From: an uncultured Mycoplasmatota bacterium
GTDB taxonomy: Bacteria; Bacillota_I; Bacilli_A; RF39; UBA660
NCBI GenBank assembly: GCA_949288035.1
Contig: CASEIJ010000022.1
Location: 23-64,022 of the forward strand
Reading direction: 5' to 3'
Length of the DNA stretch: 64,000 nt
The translations under genes and the position numbers were made by a program. Under the pieces are notes generated by a model that made no database searches, had not been told where the DNA came from, and was given only the letters and a program-made list of their open reading frames with translations. Shown piece by piece: positions 1 to 9,103 of this stretch. Every line of letters starts with the position of its first letter. Positions within the stretch are counted from its first letter, which is position 1.

Positions 1-1272
1 GAAATTACAAATCTTACAACTTTAAATTTAGGTGTTGAATTACAACAACCAGGAGCAAGTGCAACATATGATGTTGTTGTAGAAAATCAGGGAGATTTGG
101 ATGCGGTATTATCAAGTATTAATGGAGTAGACGAAGGCAATAACCAAGATCCAAAATCAATTAAAGTGAGTGTAGAAAATATCAGAGTAGGTGATTCATT
201 ACTTGCAGGAGGTAAGAAAACATTCCAAGTAAAAGTATATTGGGATCCTAATGTAGATTTCAGTGATACAAATATGCAAAAAGAAATAGAAATCACATTA
301 ACGTATGAACAAAGTGATGATGGAGTACCAGTAGGACCGATTCCAAGTGATGGAGTAGATATGGGAGGACAGAATGTAGAGTTAGTAACAAGTGGAGATG
401 GATTATATGAAGATCAATATGAAAATGGAAGATATATCTATCGTGGAAGTAATCCAAATAACTATATTCAGTTTAATAATGAACTATGGAGAATCATAGC
501 AAAAGAAACCGATGGAACTTATAAGATAGTAAGAGATGAATTACTACCACAAAATGAAAATTATACAACCATGGCATATGATGCAAGAAATCATCGTTCA
601 ACCGAAAATAATACGTATTGTACATATCCAGATAATGGATGTGGAGTCTATGCAGCAGTAACAGGAACATTCAGGACACCAAATGGAAATTATAGTGGAA
701 CAGTAACAGAAGATTCAAGTATCAAAGAATACTTAAATAATACATACTATCCAACATTAACAGGAATTGCAAAGACACAAGTACAAAGTCATACTTTCAA
801 TATTGGTAGTGTACAGTTGTTAGACGAAAGTAGAAATGATAGTATTGAGAAAAATATAGCCGGAGAGAAGATGTACAAATGGACAGGAAATGTAGGACTT
901 ATTAATGTAAGTGATATATTAAAAGCAAGTACGAATACCGCATGTAAATCGGCAACGGATCAGCAAATGAAATTAATGCAAGACACACCAGAAACTACAT
1001 GTGATAGTAATTACCTATTAGATGCATTATCAATAAATGAAGAATCAGGAGGAATCGGATACTGGACAATGAATGCGTTTTCTGCGGAGTCTGAAGACTA
1101 CTCGTACCATGCCTGGCTTGCGTCTCGTGTTCCTGGGTTGTTGGCCGGGCTTGGTTACTACGATGCGTACTATGACGACACTAATGGGGCGCGTCCAGTT
1201 CTCTATTTGAAATCAAATATTGAACTAACAAGTGGAACAGGGACTAAATTAGACCCGTTTGTAATCGGGTAA
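1..1272 (+). CDS. Surface or pilin-associated protein, 5'-truncated by the window edge; Ig-like N-part and C-terminal lectin-like module ending GARPVLYLK
   Basis: Frame 1 is open from nt 1 (EITNLTTLNLGVELQQPGASATYDVVVENQGDLDA...), so the ATG at 97 is internal. Stop at 1270-1272. Motif YIQFNNELWRII is typical of Firmicute pilin-like adhesins. Confidence 0.6.
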   Translation, partial: EITNLTTLNLGVELQQPGASATYDVVVENQGDLDAVLSSINGVDEGNNQDPKSIKVSVENIRVGDSLLAGGKKTFQVKVYWDPNVDFSDTNMQKEIEITLTYEQSDDGVPVGPIPSDGVDMGGQNVELVTSGDGLYEDQYENGRYIYRGSNPNNYIQFNNELWRIIAKETDGTYKIVRDELLPQNENYTTMAYDARNHRSTENNTYCTYPDNGCGVYAAVTGTFRTPNGNYSGTVTEDSSIKEYLNNTYYPTLTGIAKTQVQSHTFNIGSVQLLDESRNDSIEKNIAGEKMYKWTGNVGLINVSDILKASTNTACKSATDQQMKLMQDTPETTCDSNYLLDALSINEESGGIGYWTMNAFSAESEDYSYHAWLASRVPGLLAGLGYYDAYYDDTNGARPVLYLKSNIELTSGTGTKLDPFVIG

Positions 1273-1298
1273 AGAATAAACAAAAGAATATGTGTTAG

Positions 1299-1344
1299 CA
1301 AAGGCATAAGCCTTTGTAAAAAAATCGCGAAAGCGATTTTTTTT
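1299..1344 (+). terminator. Tandem hairpins plus T-run after the surface-protein gene
   Basis: caaaggc-ataa-gcctttg (1299-1316), then aaaatcgc-gaaa-gcgatttt (1321-1340) followed by TTTT. Confidence 0.6.
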
Positions 1345-1467
1345 GGTAATAGGTTGATAAAGTTGATTTTTGGACTGTACTGATTACAAAGTCTTTTCTA
1401 TTTTTATATTAGAAATTTACAGTGATAATATGTGACAAATTTGTCACGAAGAATATAGGATAATAAC

Positions 1468-1496
1468 TTGCTGATTTTAGGAATTAGTGTTATACT
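1468..1496 (+). promoter_or_regulatory. Sigma-A-type promoter upstream of ltaS-like gene
   Basis: TTGCTG (1468-1473), 17-nt spacer, TATACT (1491-1496) with a TGT extended -10. Confidence 0.45.
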
Positions 1497-1523
1497 GTTT
1501 TAGTATGAATATTGAGGTGAGTT

Positions 1524-3581
1524 ATGCAAAAGAAAATCAAAGATACTTCAAAACGTATTACGAAAAAGATGAAGTCATATTCTGCTAATTATATGAAAAC
1601 AAACATCTTATTTTTAAGCTTTGTTGTGACTTCTGTGTTGAATGCAACACTATTACGTTATTTGACAGTAAAAAATTATTTTGATGTGTTTCCAATTTTA
1701 GCTGATTTAGCAGTTGTAGTAATTATTGGAGCATTTGGTTATTTCTTTAAACCGAAAAATCAATTTAAATATTTTGCTACATGTTCTATCTTTTTTACAG
1801 CGTTATGTATTATTAATTCAATGTATTATACGAATTATTTATCATTTGCATCATTGTCATTGTTACAGACATCATTACAAATTGTAGATGTTGCCGATGC
1901 GGTTGTAGAGAATGTTATGGAGTTAAAGGATTTTTCTTATATATGGGCTCCAATTGCACTGTTCTTTTTAAATCATACATTGAAGAAGAAAGAGTATTAT
2001 AAAAAAGTAGCTGAAATTGAAGTAGGAAAAGTAAGAGCTTTAAATACGATGGTATTTGGACTTGTTGTCGTAGGAGTATTTATTTCTACTTTAAATTCAG
2101 TAGATATTTCAAGACTTGGAAAACAGTGGAATCGTGAGTTTATTGTGATGCGTTTTGGACTATACACTTATCAGATTAACGATGTGATTTCTAGTTTAAA
2201 ACCTCAAATTAGTCCGCTGTTTGGATATGATGAGAAGGCACGTGAGTTTAGAGAATATTACGATAAAAGAAGTCAAGAGACACATGCTGAAAATGAATAT
2301 ACAAATGTTTTCAAGGGTAAGAATTTACTTGTAATTCATGCGGAGAGTATGCAAGAATTTGTGATGGATTTAAAATTTAATGGGGAGGAGTTAACTCCAA
2401 ATTTAAATCGTATTGCTAGTGAAGGATTATTTTTCTCTAATTTCTATGCTCAAGAAAGTGTAGGTACTAGTAGTGATACTGAGTTTACCTTTAATACAGC
2501 TCTTATGCCAGCAACGAGTGGTACAGTATTTATTAGTTATTGGGATAGGGAATATGTTACAATTCCTAAGTTATTAAAAGAACAAGGATATTATGCATTT
2601 AGTATGCATGGTAATAAGGGTAGTATGTGGAATCGTGATACGGTTCATCTAAAAACTTTAGGATATGATAGATTTTATAGTTATAATGATTTTAAAATTG
2701 ATGAGACAATTGGATTGGGATTATCTGATCGCTCATTCTTTAGACAAGTAGTTCCAAAAATTAAGAAAATTCAAGAAAAAAATAAGAATTTTTATGGAAC
2801 ATTGATTATGCTTTCTAACCATACACCATTTTCAGATATTGAACATTTACCAGATCCAATTGAAGTAGATTATAAGTACGAGAAAACAAATCCAGAAACG
2901 GGTGAGAAAGAAACTGTTTCAGCACCATATATGGAAGGAACAAAGTTAGGAAATTACTTTAAGTTTGTACACTATGCAGATAGTGCAATTGGACAATTAT
3001 TTGATGATTTAGATAAAGCGGGTATTTTAGATAATACAGTTGTTGTAATTTATGGAGATCATGATGCGAAGTTAAAACAATCTGAGTTTGAATATTTCTA
3101 TAATTATGATCCTTATACAGATAGTGTATTAGATAAAGATGATCCAAATTATCGTGATGTTGATTTCTATGATTATGAGTTGAATCGTAAAGTACCATTT
3201 ATTATTTGGACAAAAGATCACGAAGATGATAAGTATACGAAAGAGATTACAAAAGTAATGGGAATGTATGATGTACTTCCAACATTAGGAAATATGTTTG
3301 GATTTACTGATAAGTATGCATTAGGTCATGATATCTTCTCAACGGATGAAAATGTTGTTATTTTCCCTGATGGTAATTGGTTGACAGATAAGATGTATTA
3401 TAATCATCAAAAAGGGGAAGGAAAAGTATTACATGATGGTGATACAGTAAGTATTGATTATATTGAAAAGTATAATCAAATGTCAGAGGAATTATTAAAT
3501 GTAAGTGATTCTATTATTGTTTATGATTTAATTAAGAAACAAGATGAAGCAAAAAAAATTGTAGATGATTATAATAAATAG
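1524..3581 (+). CDS. ltaS: Lipoteichoic acid synthase family protein (N-terminal polytopic membrane domain plus extracellular sulfatase-like domain)
   Basis: 685 aa with several N-terminal TM helices. Sulfatase-type motifs LLVIHAESMQEF, SVGTSSDTEFTFNTALMP, YGDHDA. RBS GAGGTGA 6 nt upstream. Confidence 0.8.
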   Translation: MQKKIKDTSKRITKKMKSYSANYMKTNILFLSFVVTSVLNATLLRYLTVKNYFDVFPILADLAVVVIIGAFGYFFKPKNQFKYFATCSIFFTALCIINSMYYTNYLSFASLSLLQTSLQIVDVADAVVENVMELKDFSYIWAPIALFFLNHTLKKKEYYKKVAEIEVGKVRALNTMVFGLVVVGVFISTLNSVDISRLGKQWNREFIVMRFGLYTYQINDVISSLKPQISPLFGYDEKAREFREYYDKRSQETHAENEYTNVFKGKNLLVIHAESMQEFVMDLKFNGEELTPNLNRIASEGLFFSNFYAQESVGTSSDTEFTFNTALMPATSGTVFISYWDREYVTIPKLLKEQGYYAFSMHGNKGSMWNRDTVHLKTLGYDRFYSYNDFKIDETIGLGLSDRSFFRQVVPKIKKIQEKNKNFYGTLIMLSNHTPFSDIEHLPDPIEVDYKYEKTNPETGEKETVSAPYMEGTKLGNYFKFVHYADSAIGQLFDDLDKAGILDNTVVVIYGDHDAKLKQSEFEYFYNYDPYTDSVLDKDDPNYRDVDFYDYELNRKVPFIIWTKDHEDDKYTKEITKVMGMYDVLPTLGNMFGFTDKYALGHDIFSTDENVVIFPDGNWLTDKMYYNHQKGEGKVLHDGDTVSIDYIEKYNQMSEELLNVSDSIIVYDLIKKQDEAKKIVDDYNK

Positions 3582-3590
3582 GAGGATTAT

Positions 3591-4250
3591 ATGGCAGCAA
3601 CTACTCGTACAAAAAAAAGAAAGTTAAAAAAGAAGAGAATTATGATTGCAATGATTGTATTAGTTGCAATCATTGCAGTAGCATCTTTTGGTATTTATCA
3701 GATATGCTTTCATAAAAAGGAAGTAAAAACTGTAGTGACAGTCACGGATAAGATTGCAAATGGATATGATTATACCATTACGGATGAAGCTACAAAATAT
3801 TCAAAAGATTTATTTTCTAAATTAAAGAAGGAATTATCTAAGGATAGTGTGGATGAAGAAAATTATGCGAAATTAGAAACACAATTATTTATTAGTGAAT
3901 TGTTTACATTGGCTAATAAAGTAAATAGAAATGATGTTGGTGGTGTACAGTTTATTTATAAAGATTACCAAGAGTCATTTACGAAAGAAGCGATGGAAGG
4001 ATTATATCACTATGTAGAAAATGATATCTACGGTGATCGAAAACAAGAGCTTCCTGAAGTCGTAAATGTTGATGTTATTAATGTAGAACAAAAAGAGTAT
4101 ATACTAAATGATGAGATAACGGATGATAAAGCATATTATATCGATGTTACTATGAATTATGCGAAAGATCTTGGATACCAAAATTCTGCGACTGTTGTAT
4201 TAATTCATAATGGCAAACGTTTAGATATTGTTAAAATGACTGAGAAATAG
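3591..4250 (+). CDS. Hypothetical membrane-anchored protein
   Basis: Basic N-terminus (TRTKKRKLKKKR), then one TM helix. RBS AGGAGG upstream. No recognisable domain. Confidence 0.5.
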   Translation: MAATTRTKKRKLKKKRIMIAMIVLVAIIAVASFGIYQICFHKKEVKTVVTVTDKIANGYDYTITDEATKYSKDLFSKLKKELSKDSVDEENYAKLETQLFISELFTLANKVNRNDVGGVQFIYKDYQESFTKEAMEGLYHYVENDIYGDRKQELPEVVNVDVINVEQKEYILNDEITDDKAYYIDVTMNYAKDLGYQNSATVVLIHNGKRLDIVKMTEK

Positions 4251-4277
4251 ATGAAAGAATATTCTTTCATCTTTTTT
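4251..4277 (+). terminator. Intrinsic terminator
   Basis: Perfect 20-nt palindrome atgaaagaat/attctttcat followed by CTTTTTTG. Confidence 0.7.
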
Positions 4278-4341
4278 GTAAACAGTAGATGAAAAAAGAG
4301 AGGAAACATGGTATAATGAAAAAGAGAATGAGAGGTAAGCT

Positions 4342-4851
4342 ATGACAGAAGGAAAGAAACAATGGTTGAAGGCATTATTCATTTTATGTATTTTTATTGT
4401 ATTATGGATCTGTTTATTTTTTATGATGAAGAGTCCTACTAAGATAAATTATGATAAAGTGAGTCAATTGACTTTTGAGACTCGTTTGAAACAGGTTTCT
4501 CCTGATATAAAAGGTGAAAAAAAAGATCAATATATCAAGTATCAAATCGATGAAAATAGTGAAATCTATGTCGATTATCAAGAAGGGAATATTTCACGAT
4601 TATTGCTTGTATTTGATCAGGAAAATTATCAAGAAAACGATGCTGCATTATTGTTACAGGAAGTCATTGATATATGTATTCCAAAGTTGGATAACAATGA
4701 AGAGATTACAGAACAATTAATGGACTTTGAGGATAAAGAAGAGGATTTAGTGGCTAATGATATGACTATAGATAATATTGAATTCTTGTCACGTATTGAT
4801 CGTGATAAAGAGAAAGTTGTATTTTATATTTATTATTTAGACAATGAATAA
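4342..4851 (+). CDS. Hypothetical protein with N-terminal TM anchor and acidic C-part
   Basis: ORF with RBS GAGAGG. TM segment LKALFILCIFIVLWICLFFMM. Confidence 0.5.
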   Translation: MTEGKKQWLKALFILCIFIVLWICLFFMMKSPTKINYDKVSQLTFETRLKQVSPDIKGEKKDQYIKYQIDENSEIYVDYQEGNISRLLLVFDQENYQENDAALLLQEVIDICIPKLDNNEEITEQLMDFEDKEEDLVANDMTIDNIEFLSRIDRDKEKVVFYIYYLDNE

Positions 4852-4859
4852 AAGAGGGG

Positions 4860-5180
4860 ATGGATTGTATGGATTTAGTTATTTTTATTGTTTTAGCACT
4901 GATAGTAGTTATTTTATTTAAATCATTTGATAGTTTTGTTTATTTCTTTGCAATCATTGATATTTTACTTCGTATTTTAGATTTTTTAAAACAACTTTTA
5001 AATATTCCGGAATTAACAAGTTTTTTAAATCAATATGTACCAACAAGTATCTTAAGTATGATAAATCAATATTCAACTGGAGTATTTAATCAAATATTGA
5101 CATGGGGATATCTGATTTGCTTTATTGTATTTGAAGTATATTTAGTAAAATATTTTATGAAAACGAAAAGAAGGAGATAA
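4860..5180 (+). CDS. Small integral membrane protein
   Basis: 106 aa with 2-3 hydrophobic helices. Tightly packed between neighbouring ORFs. Confidence 0.45.
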   Translation: MDCMDLVIFIVLALIVVILFKSFDSFVYFFAIIDILLRILDFLKQLLNIPELTSFLNQYVPTSILSMINQYSTGVFNQILTWGYLICFIVFEVYLVKYFMKTKRRR

Positions 5181-5182
5181 TT

Positions 5183-6550
5183 ATGAAAAAGGGTTTTACT
5201 TTAGTAGAGTTATTAGCAACCATTACGATTTTAGGAATTATTGCGTTATTATTGGTACCAACTGTAACAAATGTACTTTCTAGTTTTCGTGGGGATGCTT
5301 CTGAGAATCAAAAAAAGTCTATTGTTTCAGCTGCTAAGTTATGGGCAAGTGATCACCGTGTTGATTTGCCTTCTACTGATGGAGAAACTGTTTGTGTGAA
5401 GGTATCAGAGTTAAAACAAGGGTATTTAGAGGATGATTTAAAAGATCCAAATACGAAACAATCTATTTCTAATAATGCTGGTGTACAGATTAAACGTGTT
5501 GGGAAGTCTTTTGAATATACATACCAGGATACTTGTTCTGGTGTAACTGTTAGTCCTAAGCCAACTGAAAGTTCAAAACCAACTGAAAGTTCAAAACCAA
5601 CTGAAAGTTCAAAACCAACTGAAAGTTCAAAACCAACGAATAGTCCAACGCCTTCAGAGAAGCCGGTTAGTATTCAATTAGCTTTGAAGAATATCAATGT
5701 TACGAGTTCTAGTATTACTTTACAAGCAACTGCTACAGTAACAAATGATACTCTAAAGGGGTATCAATTTTCATCTAATGGTAGTACATGGACATCAGTA
5801 CAAACAAGTGGGACGAAAGTTTTTAGTGGACTTGCTAAAAATACAAAATATGAACTAAGAGTAAGAGCAATTTCTAAGACGAATAAACAGGTTGAAAAAT
5901 CGATTACGGTTTATACCAATAGTATTGGAACACCTACTTATCGTGTGAGTGATACAAGTGATCATAAGAAAAATGTGACGATACAGTATCCAAGCAGTAA
6001 AGAATCTACTTGGGTTTATGAATATTCTTTAGATAGTGGACGAAGTTGGAATGTTGTCAGTGGGGTAAGTTATAGTATAAAGTTTGAACAATCTGGTACT
6101 GTGATTGCTAGAGTAAGAGATACGGGTAATAGTAATAATACAGTGACAGCTAGTGTTTTAACTGTTACAGTCGAAGTCCCGCAATTACAAGTCATTTGTT
6201 CTATGGAACTGGCATCTAATTTCTCATCTAATGATAGATGTGTGACATTTAATAGTTGGCATACAGATTGGGCGTATGTGTATAAAGATGGTACGAGGGA
6301 ATTTCTTACGAATGCGACTGTTGAATTCTTTTATCCAGGTGTGTCTACCCCAGTTACTTATTATAATCAAAATTCTTCTATGACATTACCAAATTTCCCA
6401 TCACCATATAATTCTACTTGTGCTGGAGATGGAAAACAATATAAAGTGCGTATTACTGCACCGAATGGGAAAACGGGAACGGTTGTATACAGTTGGAAAC
6501 TTGGAGATGATGGAAGATATATATTATCTAGTGATCTTCGTGAATATTAG
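5183..6550 (+). CDS. Prepilin-type N-terminal cleavage/methylation domain protein with (PTESSK)n stalk and Ig/FN3-like C-terminal domains
   Basis: N-terminus MKKGFTLVELLATITILGIIALLLVP is the class III (type IV pilin) signal. RBS AAGGAG. Repeat linker, then beta-rich domains. Confidence 0.75.
   Translation: MKKGFTLVELLATITILGIIALLLVPTVTNVLSSFRGDASENQKKSIVSAAKLWASDHRVDLPSTDGETVCVKVSELKQGYLEDDLKDPNTKQSISNNAGVQIKRVGKSFEYTYQDTCSGVTVSPKPTESSKPTESSKPTESSKPTESSKPTNSPTPSEKPVSIQLALKNINVTSSSITLQATATVTNDTLKGYQFSSNGSTWTSVQTSGTKVFSGLAKNTKYELRVRAISKTNKQVEKSITVYTNSIGTPTYRVSDTSDHKKNVTIQYPSSKESTWVYEYSLDSGRSWNVVSGVSYSIKFEQSGTVIARVRDTGNSNNTVTASVLTVTVEVPQLQVICSMELASNFSSNDRCVTFNSWHTDWAYVYKDGTREFLTNATVEFFYPGVSTPVTYYNQNSSMTLPNFPSPYNSTCAGDGKQYKVRITAPNGKTGTVVYSWKLGDDGRYILSSDLREY
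5561..5650 (+). repeat. In-frame 18-bp tandem repeat ccaactgaaagttcaaaa: 4 perfect copies plus 1 degenerate copy
   Basis: Copies at 5561, 5579, 5597 and 5615 are identical. 5633-5650 is diverged (ccaacgaatagtccaacg). Encodes PTESSK units. Confidence 0.9.
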
Positions 6551-6576
6551 ATACTTTTTCGAAAGTATCTTTTTTA
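6549..6576 (+). terminator. Intrinsic terminator
   Basis: agatacttt-ttcg-aaagtatct followed by TTTTT. Confidence 0.7.
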
Positions 6577-6577
6577 C

Positions 6578-6606
6578 TTCCAAACATTTGTTTGTTATGA
6601 TATAAT
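6578..6606 (+). promoter_or_regulatory. Sigma-A-type promoter of ruvAB-miaA
   Basis: TTCCAA, 17 nt, TATAAT (6601-6606) with upstream TGA. Confidence 0.45.
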
Positions 6607-6621
6607 GAAATAGGTGATACT

Positions 6622-7179
6622 ATGTATTCATATATAATTGGAATGGTAAAAGAAATAGAGGCAAGTTATATTGTTATAGATAATCATGGGATTGGATATT
6701 TGATTTATACTGCGAATCCATATCAGTTTCATGAGGAAGAAGAAGTGAAAATTTATGTGTATCAACAAATTAGAGAAGATGAAAATACACTTTATGGTTT
6801 TAAAACCAAAAAAGAAAAAGATTTATTTTTACAGTTAATTCAAGTAAAAGGATTAGGGTGTAAGATGGCACTTCCTATGCTTGCAACTGGATCGATTGAA
6901 GGAATACAGGATGCGATTGAGAGGGAAAATGTATTATATTTAAAAAAGTTTCCTAAGATTGGAGATAAAGTGGCTAGACAAATTATATTAGATTTAAAAG
7001 GAAAGTTAGCTGCTTCTACGTCTGGTCAAAAAACGGTAGATCAGTTTGAGGAATTGGTGGAAGTGTTAAAAGGCTTAGGATATAAACAACCAGATATTAA
7101 GCGTGTTTTACCACAAATTGATAGTAGTTTAGAGTTAGAAGATCAAATTAAAGAAGCATTAAAACTTATGTTAAAATAG
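6622..7179 (+). CDS. ruvA: Holliday junction branch migration complex subunit RuvA
   Basis: MYSYIIGMVKE...IVIDNHGIGY...LYGF...LIQVKGLG is a classic RuvA N-terminus with HhH motifs. Confidence 0.9.
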   Translation: MYSYIIGMVKEIEASYIVIDNHGIGYLIYTANPYQFHEEEEVKIYVYQQIREDENTLYGFKTKKEKDLFLQLIQVKGLGCKMALPMLATGSIEGIQDAIERENVLYLKKFPKIGDKVARQIILDLKGKLAASTSGQKTVDQFEELVEVLKGLGYKQPDIKRVLPQIDSSLELEDQIKEALKLMLK

Positions 7180-7188
7180 GAGGTGCTT

Positions 7189-8196
7189 ATGGAAGAAGAT
7201 AGAATTGTAACAGGTGAGAAATTAAAAGAAGATAATTTTGAACAGAGTATTCGTCCTGATCGAATTGATGATTATATTGGACAGGGAGAAGTGAAAGAAA
7301 ATTTAGAAATTTTTATTAAAGCTGCCAAGATGCGTGAAGAACCATTAGACCATGTTCTTTTATATGGACCTCCAGGGCTTGGAAAGACAACGCTTTCTTA
7401 TATTATTGCTAATGAACTTGGTAGTAATATTAAAACTGCCTCTGGTCCATCGATTGAAAAGAGTGGAGATTTGGCGGCAATTCTTTCTACTTTGGAACCT
7501 GGTGATGTGTTATTTATCGATGAGATTCATCGTATGCCTCGTTTTATTGAAGAAATTTTATATCCAGCTATGGAAGATTTTACATTAGATATTATTGTAG
7601 GAGAAGGTTCTACGAGTCGTAATATTAAAATCAATTTACCACCTTTTACTTTAGTTGGAGCAACAACAAGAGCTGGAGATCTTTCTGATCCATTACGTGA
7701 TCGTTTTGGAATTATTTCTAAGTTAAATTATTATACGGTAGAAGAATTAACGCAAATTGTAAAAAGAACAAGTCGTGTTCTTGAATGTAGTATTGATGAG
7801 GATGCTGCAGTAGAACTTGCAACCCGTAGTAGAGGAACGCCTCGTATTGCGAATCGTCTTTTCCGTCGTGTTCGTGATTTTGCGTTGGTTATGGGAAATG
7901 GGAATATTGATTTAGAAATTACAAAATATGCTTTAGATAAGTTAAAAGTAGATAGTTTAGGATTAGATAATACTGATTATAATTTATTAAAATCTATTAT
8001 TGAAAAATTTAATGGTGGGCCTGTTGGAATTGAAGCCATTGCTTCTTCGATTGGTGAAGAAAGAGGTACCATTGAAGATGTGTATGAACCTTATCTTTTA
8101 CAAACAGGGCTATTAAAACGAACGAGTAGAGGAAGAATGGCAACAAGAAAAGCCTATGAACATTTAGAGATTCCTTATCCAGAAAAAGGTGAATAG
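7189..8196 (+). CDS. ruvB: Holliday junction DNA helicase RuvB
   Basis: Walker [36 protein letters not shown] at 7189 follows GGAGGTG, so the ORF-track start at 7183 is probably too early. Confidence 0.95.
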   Translation: MEEDRIVTGEKLKEDNFEQSIRPDRIDDYIGQGEVKENLEIFIKAAKMREEPLDHVLLYGPPGLGKTTLSYIIANELGSNIKTASGPSIEKSGDLAAILSTLEPGDVLFIDEIHRMPRFIEEILYPAMEDFTLDIIVGEGSTSRNIKINLPPFTLVGATTRAGDLSDPLRDRFGIISKLNYYTVEELTQIVKRTSRVLECSIDEDAAVELATRSRGTPRIANRLFRRVRDFALVMGNGNIDLEITKYALDKLKVDSLGLDNTDYNLLKSIIEKFNGGPVGIEAIASSIGEERGTIEDVYEPYLLQTGLLKRTSRGRMATRKAYEHLEIPYPEKGE

Positions 8197-9078
8197 ATGA
8201 AAGTCATTGTAATATTAGGACCTACAGCAGTGGGAAAAACCAAATTAAGTGTGGAATTAGCTAAGAAGTTAAATGGAGAAGTAATTAATGCCGATAGTAC
8301 GCAAGTGTATCAGGGGTTAGATATTGCTACTGCTAAGGTAACAGAAGAAGAAAAAGAAGGAATTCCTCATCATTTATTTGATATCAAAAAGGTAACAGAA
8401 GATTATAGTGTCAGTGATTATCAGAAAGATGTAAGAATGGTCATTGAAGATTGTATGAAACGTGGTAAGACTCCTATTTTAGTAGGGGGAACTGGTCTAT
8501 ATGTGAAAGCTGCATTATACGATTATCAATTTGAACCTACTTCTTATAAAGGGGATTATCATCAATTTAGTAATGAAGCGTTATATCAACAATTATGTCA
8601 AATAAATCCAAATACCAAGATTCATTTCAATAATCGTAAGAGAATGGAACGAGCGCTTGATTATTATCATGAAACGGGTCAGGTGTTAGAATTAAAAGAG
8701 AAGTCAAAAACATTGTTATATCCAACTATTTTTATTGGTCTAACATGTGAACGTCATTTACTTTATGAACGTATTAATCATCGTGTTGATAGGATGAAAG
8801 AAAAAGGATTATTAGAAGAAGCTAAGAAGATATATGATTCTCACATTCGTACCAAGGCAATTTTAACACCAATTGGTTATAAACAATTATTTCCTTATTT
8901 TGAAGGAACAGAAAGTTTAGAACATTGTTTAGATCATATAAAAAAAGAAAGTAGACATTATGCGAAAAGACAATATACTTTTTTTAAGCATCAACTACCA
9001 GTTCATTGGATTGAGGTTAATTTTGAACAGTTTGATCAAACAGTACAAGAAGTATTTGATTATATTAACAGAAAGTAA
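8197..9078 (+). CDS. miaA: tRNA dimethylallyltransferase
   Basis: ILGPTAVGKTKLSVELAK..., INADSTQVY..LDIATAK, LVGGTGLY. Confidence 0.9.
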   Translation: MKVIVILGPTAVGKTKLSVELAKKLNGEVINADSTQVYQGLDIATAKVTEEEKEGIPHHLFDIKKVTEDYSVSDYQKDVRMVIEDCMKRGKTPILVGGTGLYVKAALYDYQFEPTSYKGDYHQFSNEALYQQLCQINPNTKIHFNNRKRMERALDYYHETGQVLELKEKSKTLLYPTIFIGLTCERHLLYERINHRVDRMKEKGLLEEAKKIYDSHIRTKAILTPIGYKQLFPYFEGTESLEHCLDHIKKESRHYAKRQYTFFKHQLPVHWIEVNFEQFDQTVQEVFDYINRK

Positions 9079-9094
9079 TTGACTTTCTGTTTTT
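9065..9094 (+). terminator. Intrinsic terminator overlapping the miaA stop
   Basis: aacagaaagt-aattg-actttctgtt followed by a T-run. Confidence 0.6.
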
Positions 9095-9103
9095 TCTTAG
9101 ATA

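Noticed and set aside
1273-1523. Search for a DGR template repeat or RT downstream of the A-depleted patch. The other long non-coding gaps were also inspected: 16411-16605, 40841-41088, 41878-42287, 49028-49827 and 51331-51525.
   Set aside because: None of these gaps resembles 1060-1205 by eye, and no reverse-transcriptase-like ORF exists in the window. The DGR idea therefore stays a hypothesis that depends on sequence outside the window.
4514-4720. Short alternative-frame or antisense ORFs nested in longer genes (for example 87-296, 2959-3198, 4514-4720, 7352-7588, 16799-17056, 27386-27704, 31704-32089, 40602-40805, 55322-55597, 63193-63465)
   Set aside because: Each is fully embedded in a well-supported CDS, lacks an RBS and has the low-complexity Leu/Ile/Phe/Lys-rich composition expected from AT-rich off-frame translation.
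5561-5650. Regular 18-bp direct repeats that could be mistaken for a mini CRISPR array
   Set aside because: The repeats are contiguous with no spacers, lie in frame inside a long ORF and encode a PTESSK linker. There are no cas genes in the window.
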